Shown: positions 61,945 to 64,000 of the stretch, piece after piece
Layout of the letters: every line of letters starts with the position of its first letter
Position numbering within the stretch: position 1 is the first letter of the stretch
Source: Armatimonadota bacterium
GTDB lineage: Bacteria > Armatimonadota > UBA5829
Direction of reading: 5' to 3'
NCBI GenBank assembly: GCA_039679645.1
Contig: JBDKUO010000049.1
Coordinates: 431 to 64,430, forward strand
Length of the DNA stretch: 64,000 nucleotides
The notes under the pieces: model-generated
The model's input: the letters and a program-made list of their open reading frames with translations, nothing else
Told to the model about the DNA's origin: nothing
The model's database searches: none
Position numbers and translations under genes: made by a program

Positions 61945-64000
61945 CTAGCCCATCACGCACACCACTTTTGCCGTGCGCCCTTTCTCAATTTGCGGCAAGA
62001 TATTACCATCGATTATACGGCCGTCTATTTCCAGTCTCTCTACGCCCTTCTGCACATGCTTGGGATTCTTGACCTCTATCTCATATGTCGCCCCTCTGAA
62101 CTTGCGCGTCACTTTGAATCCGTCCCAAGCTTCGGGTATGCACGGGTCTATAATCAGACCGTCATATGTCGGGCGGACGCCCAAAATATAGTCCAGCGCG
62201 TCCCTAAACATCCATACTCCTGATCCTGTAAGCCATGAGTGGCTGGCCTGTCCGAAAGTGGGATGATCGTCGCTGGTGACATACTCTGCATAAACATAAG
62301 GCTCCATCTTATACACATCCGGGTCATGCGACTGCACCATTGGCAAAGTTTTTCGGTAATAGTCATACGCTCTATTGCCGTTACCCTGCACAAGGTTCCC
62401 GAGGATCGCCCAGGCAGCTACATGATTGAAGATTGAGCCGTTTTCTTTCTTGCCGGGCACGCATCTGGTGGCCAAGCCTATACCTTCGTCAAGCTGTGTA
62501 TAACTTGGGGATAAAATCTTTGGCCCTCTTGAAGTTATACACAGTCTGTCAGCAGAGTCCAATGCCAGCTTACCTCTCGTCTTGTCTGCGACACCGGAAA
62601 TCACCGCCCAACTCTGCGCATTCATAAATATCTTACCTTCGGGGTTTTTACTCGACCCGATGACATCTCCGTCGTCACGAATGCCACGGATATACCAGTT
62701 GCCGTCCCAGCATTTATCATTGATCGCATCTCTCACCAGGTCATACTCCCTGCGATATTTCGTGGCGGTCTCATCTACATACTCAGCGCCAGGACAACAG
62801 CTCTTTTTGCGAATAACATCGAGCATCCCGGCAGTCTCGCGCAGGATATAACACAGGAAATGTGCCACCCATACACTCTCGCCCTTGCCCCTTCGACCTA
62901 CGTAGTCCAGGGTGTCGTTCCAATCACCCGGCCCAAACTTTGGAAGATGGTCTTCCGTGAGCTGGCTTAGGACATAATCGCATGCGCGGATTACATGGCC
63001 GAGGACGTCTGCTTCATCACCATCCTGGAAAGGCACCACGTTTGTCAGAAAGTCAAAGTTGCCAGTCTCTTTGAGGTAGTTTATTACTGCAAGCGGGACC
63101 CAGAGCGGAGTGTCCGAGTGACCGGTCCTCTCGCCCTGCCCGGTGAGCTTAAAATAGTTGTGCAAAGTGCTGCCGTTCTGGAACTGGTGCTTAAGCACTT
63201 CCAGGAGCCTTTCGGCGACAGCATTCGGGTCACTGATAATAGGCCCCATCATATCCTGGCACTGATCGCGCATCCCGACTCCATAGAGCAGCCCGCCATG
63301 GTAATAACCGGCGTTTCGGTTGCAGTTAAAAGTCACCCAGGACTGGCGTTTGCCCCAGATATTGATCATGCGGTTCAGGTCGACATCCGGCGTATCGGCG
63401 ATAGCGGAAGATAGATAATCCTCCCAGTATGCCTTCACTTTCGCAAGAGCGGCATGTGCATCCTTAGGAGAGCGATATTTCGCCATCAGCGGAAGCGACT
63501 TCTCGCGATAGCCCTTCGCCTCCACGCACCCCATCATCACTACAAACTCGACTTCCTGGCCAGGTTCGAGCAGTATCTCGCCCTGCAGAGCCGCGCATGC
63601 GTCACCTGCGGTTATATTTGTATTGGAGAGCAGGCCGTTCTCGACACCGATGGGATTTTCCTCACTTCTCCACGGCCCTATAAAGGCATCCTTGGAGCCA
63701 TCCCAGCTCTCGACGTGCAGGTCGCTGGTGAAGAATACATAACGGTCCCATGCCTCATTCGGCTGCTCGACCGAAACACCTTTGTGCGTCACCCAATAGT
63801 TTTTTGTGGCGTATATCGCGTTGTCTTCGCGATTGAAGTTCACTATATTGAAGTGCTGATCGTTTGGCTGATTTATGAGATCGACCAGTGCATGGCCCAG
63901 ACACAGTTCCACATATGAAGTCACGCCAAGGCGCTTAGGTTCAACGTCTTCATTCCTTGCCTTGACCAGCCATATCTCGAGGTCATCATCAAGCGGCACG
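61945..64000 (-). CDS. GH94 glycoside phosphorylase (cellobiose/chitobiose phosphorylase family), 5'-partial at window end
   Basis: C-terminal KFRGATYEIEVKNPKHV, catalytic (alpha/alpha)6 region with DGD/ W..D motifs; track M is GTG at window edge so true N-terminus lies beyond. Confidence 0.8.
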   Translation of the reverse strand, partial: VPLDDDLEIWLVKARNEDVEPKRLGVTSYVELCLGHALVDLINQPNDQHFNIVNFNREDNAIYATKNYWVTHKGVSVEQPNEAWDRYVFFTSDLHVESWDGSKDAFIGPWRSEENPIGVENGLLSNTNITAGDACAALQGEILLEPGQEVEFVVMMGCVEAKGYREKSLPLMAKYRSPKDAHAALAKVKAYWEDYLSSAIADTPDVDLNRMINIWGKRQSWVTFNCNRNAGYYHGGLLYGVGMRDQCQDMMGPIISDPNAVAERLLEVLKHQFQNGSTLHNYFKLTGQGERTGHSDTPLWVPLAVINYLKETGNFDFLTNVVPFQDGDEADVLGHVIRACDYVLSQLTEDHLPKFGPGDWNDTLDYVGRRGKGESVWVAHFLCYILRETAGMLDVIRKKSCCPGAEYVDETATKYRREYDLVRDAINDKCWDGNWYIRGIRDDGDVIGSSKNPEGKIFMNAQSWAVISGVADKTRGKLALDSADRLCITSRGPKILSPSYTQLDEGIGLATRCVPGKKENGSIFNHVAAWAILGNLVQGNGNRAYDYYRKTLPMVQSHDPDVYKMEPYVYAEYVTSDDHPTFGQASHSWLTGSGVWMFRDALDYILGVRPTYDGLIIDPCIPEAWDGFKVTRKFRGATYEIEVKNPKHVQKGVERLEIDGRIIDGNILPQIEKGRTAKVVCVMG

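Overview
The window is a gene-dense bacterial chromosomal segment of about 52-55% GC with no rRNA, tRNA or CRISPR visible. Most genes are housekeeping or carbohydrate-active; the main accessory content is three toxin-antitoxin-type modules, nine dispersed short-repeat families and three unusually long non-coding regions.

Genes in order:
- **Start of window:** a partial low-GC hypothetical gene (not in the ORF track because it runs off the window start), then a GAF sensor histidine kinase, a CheY-like response regulator and a secreted metallophosphoesterase.
- **Folate:** folE and folB.
- **Pyrimidine/arginine block:** pyrR-pyrB-pyrC-pyrE-carA-carB, led by a consensus sigma70 promoter and a PyrR-binding attenuator that is readable in the sequence. 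Two small AT-rich membrane-protein genes sit between carA and carB, and hicAB follows carB.
- **Central carbon and carbohydrate:** class II photolyase, two GH94-like phosphorylases, a GH31 glycosidase, an aconitase-family hydratase, a stand-alone 2-oxoacid-dehydrogenase E2, two Gfo/Idh/MocA oxidoreductases, a large GH106-like hydrolase and a GH2 hydrolase.
- **Other identifiable genes:** alpha/beta hydrolase, COG1579 Zn-ribbon protein overlapping rnhA, hslV-hslU-xerC, STAS protein, P1B-type metal ATPase, solitary HicB-like gene, Kdo/WaaP-like kinase, OMP-like gene with amt-glnK, a 760-aa unknown overlapping a GckR/MurQ-like double-SIS protein, DUF1540, PIG-L deacetylase, orphan HgdC/BcrAD-type activase, secreted beta-propeller, gyrB, MFS transporter, rluD, DUF951, DUF72 and a small secretin-N-like protein.
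- **Accessory modules:** hicAB after carB, a HepT/MNT cassette flanked by direct repeats, and an XRE-ImmA/IrrE pair just upstream of gyrB.

Sequence features most worth follow-up:
- **Nine short dispersed repeat families.** Several form terminator-like hairpins, one flanks the HepT/MNT cassette, and one sits between hslV and hslU and creates a false N-terminal extension in the ORF track.
- **A ~1 kb GC-rich non-coding region (50615-51643)** upstream of the orphan activase. It has no credible ORF, carries perfect GNRA and UUCG tetraloop hairpins and a cluster of four TCTCCGAA mini-hairpins, and is my best candidate for an undescribed structured RNA or regulatory array.
- **Two other long intergenic regions**, after glnK (42773-43123) and upstream of rluD (58573-59051).
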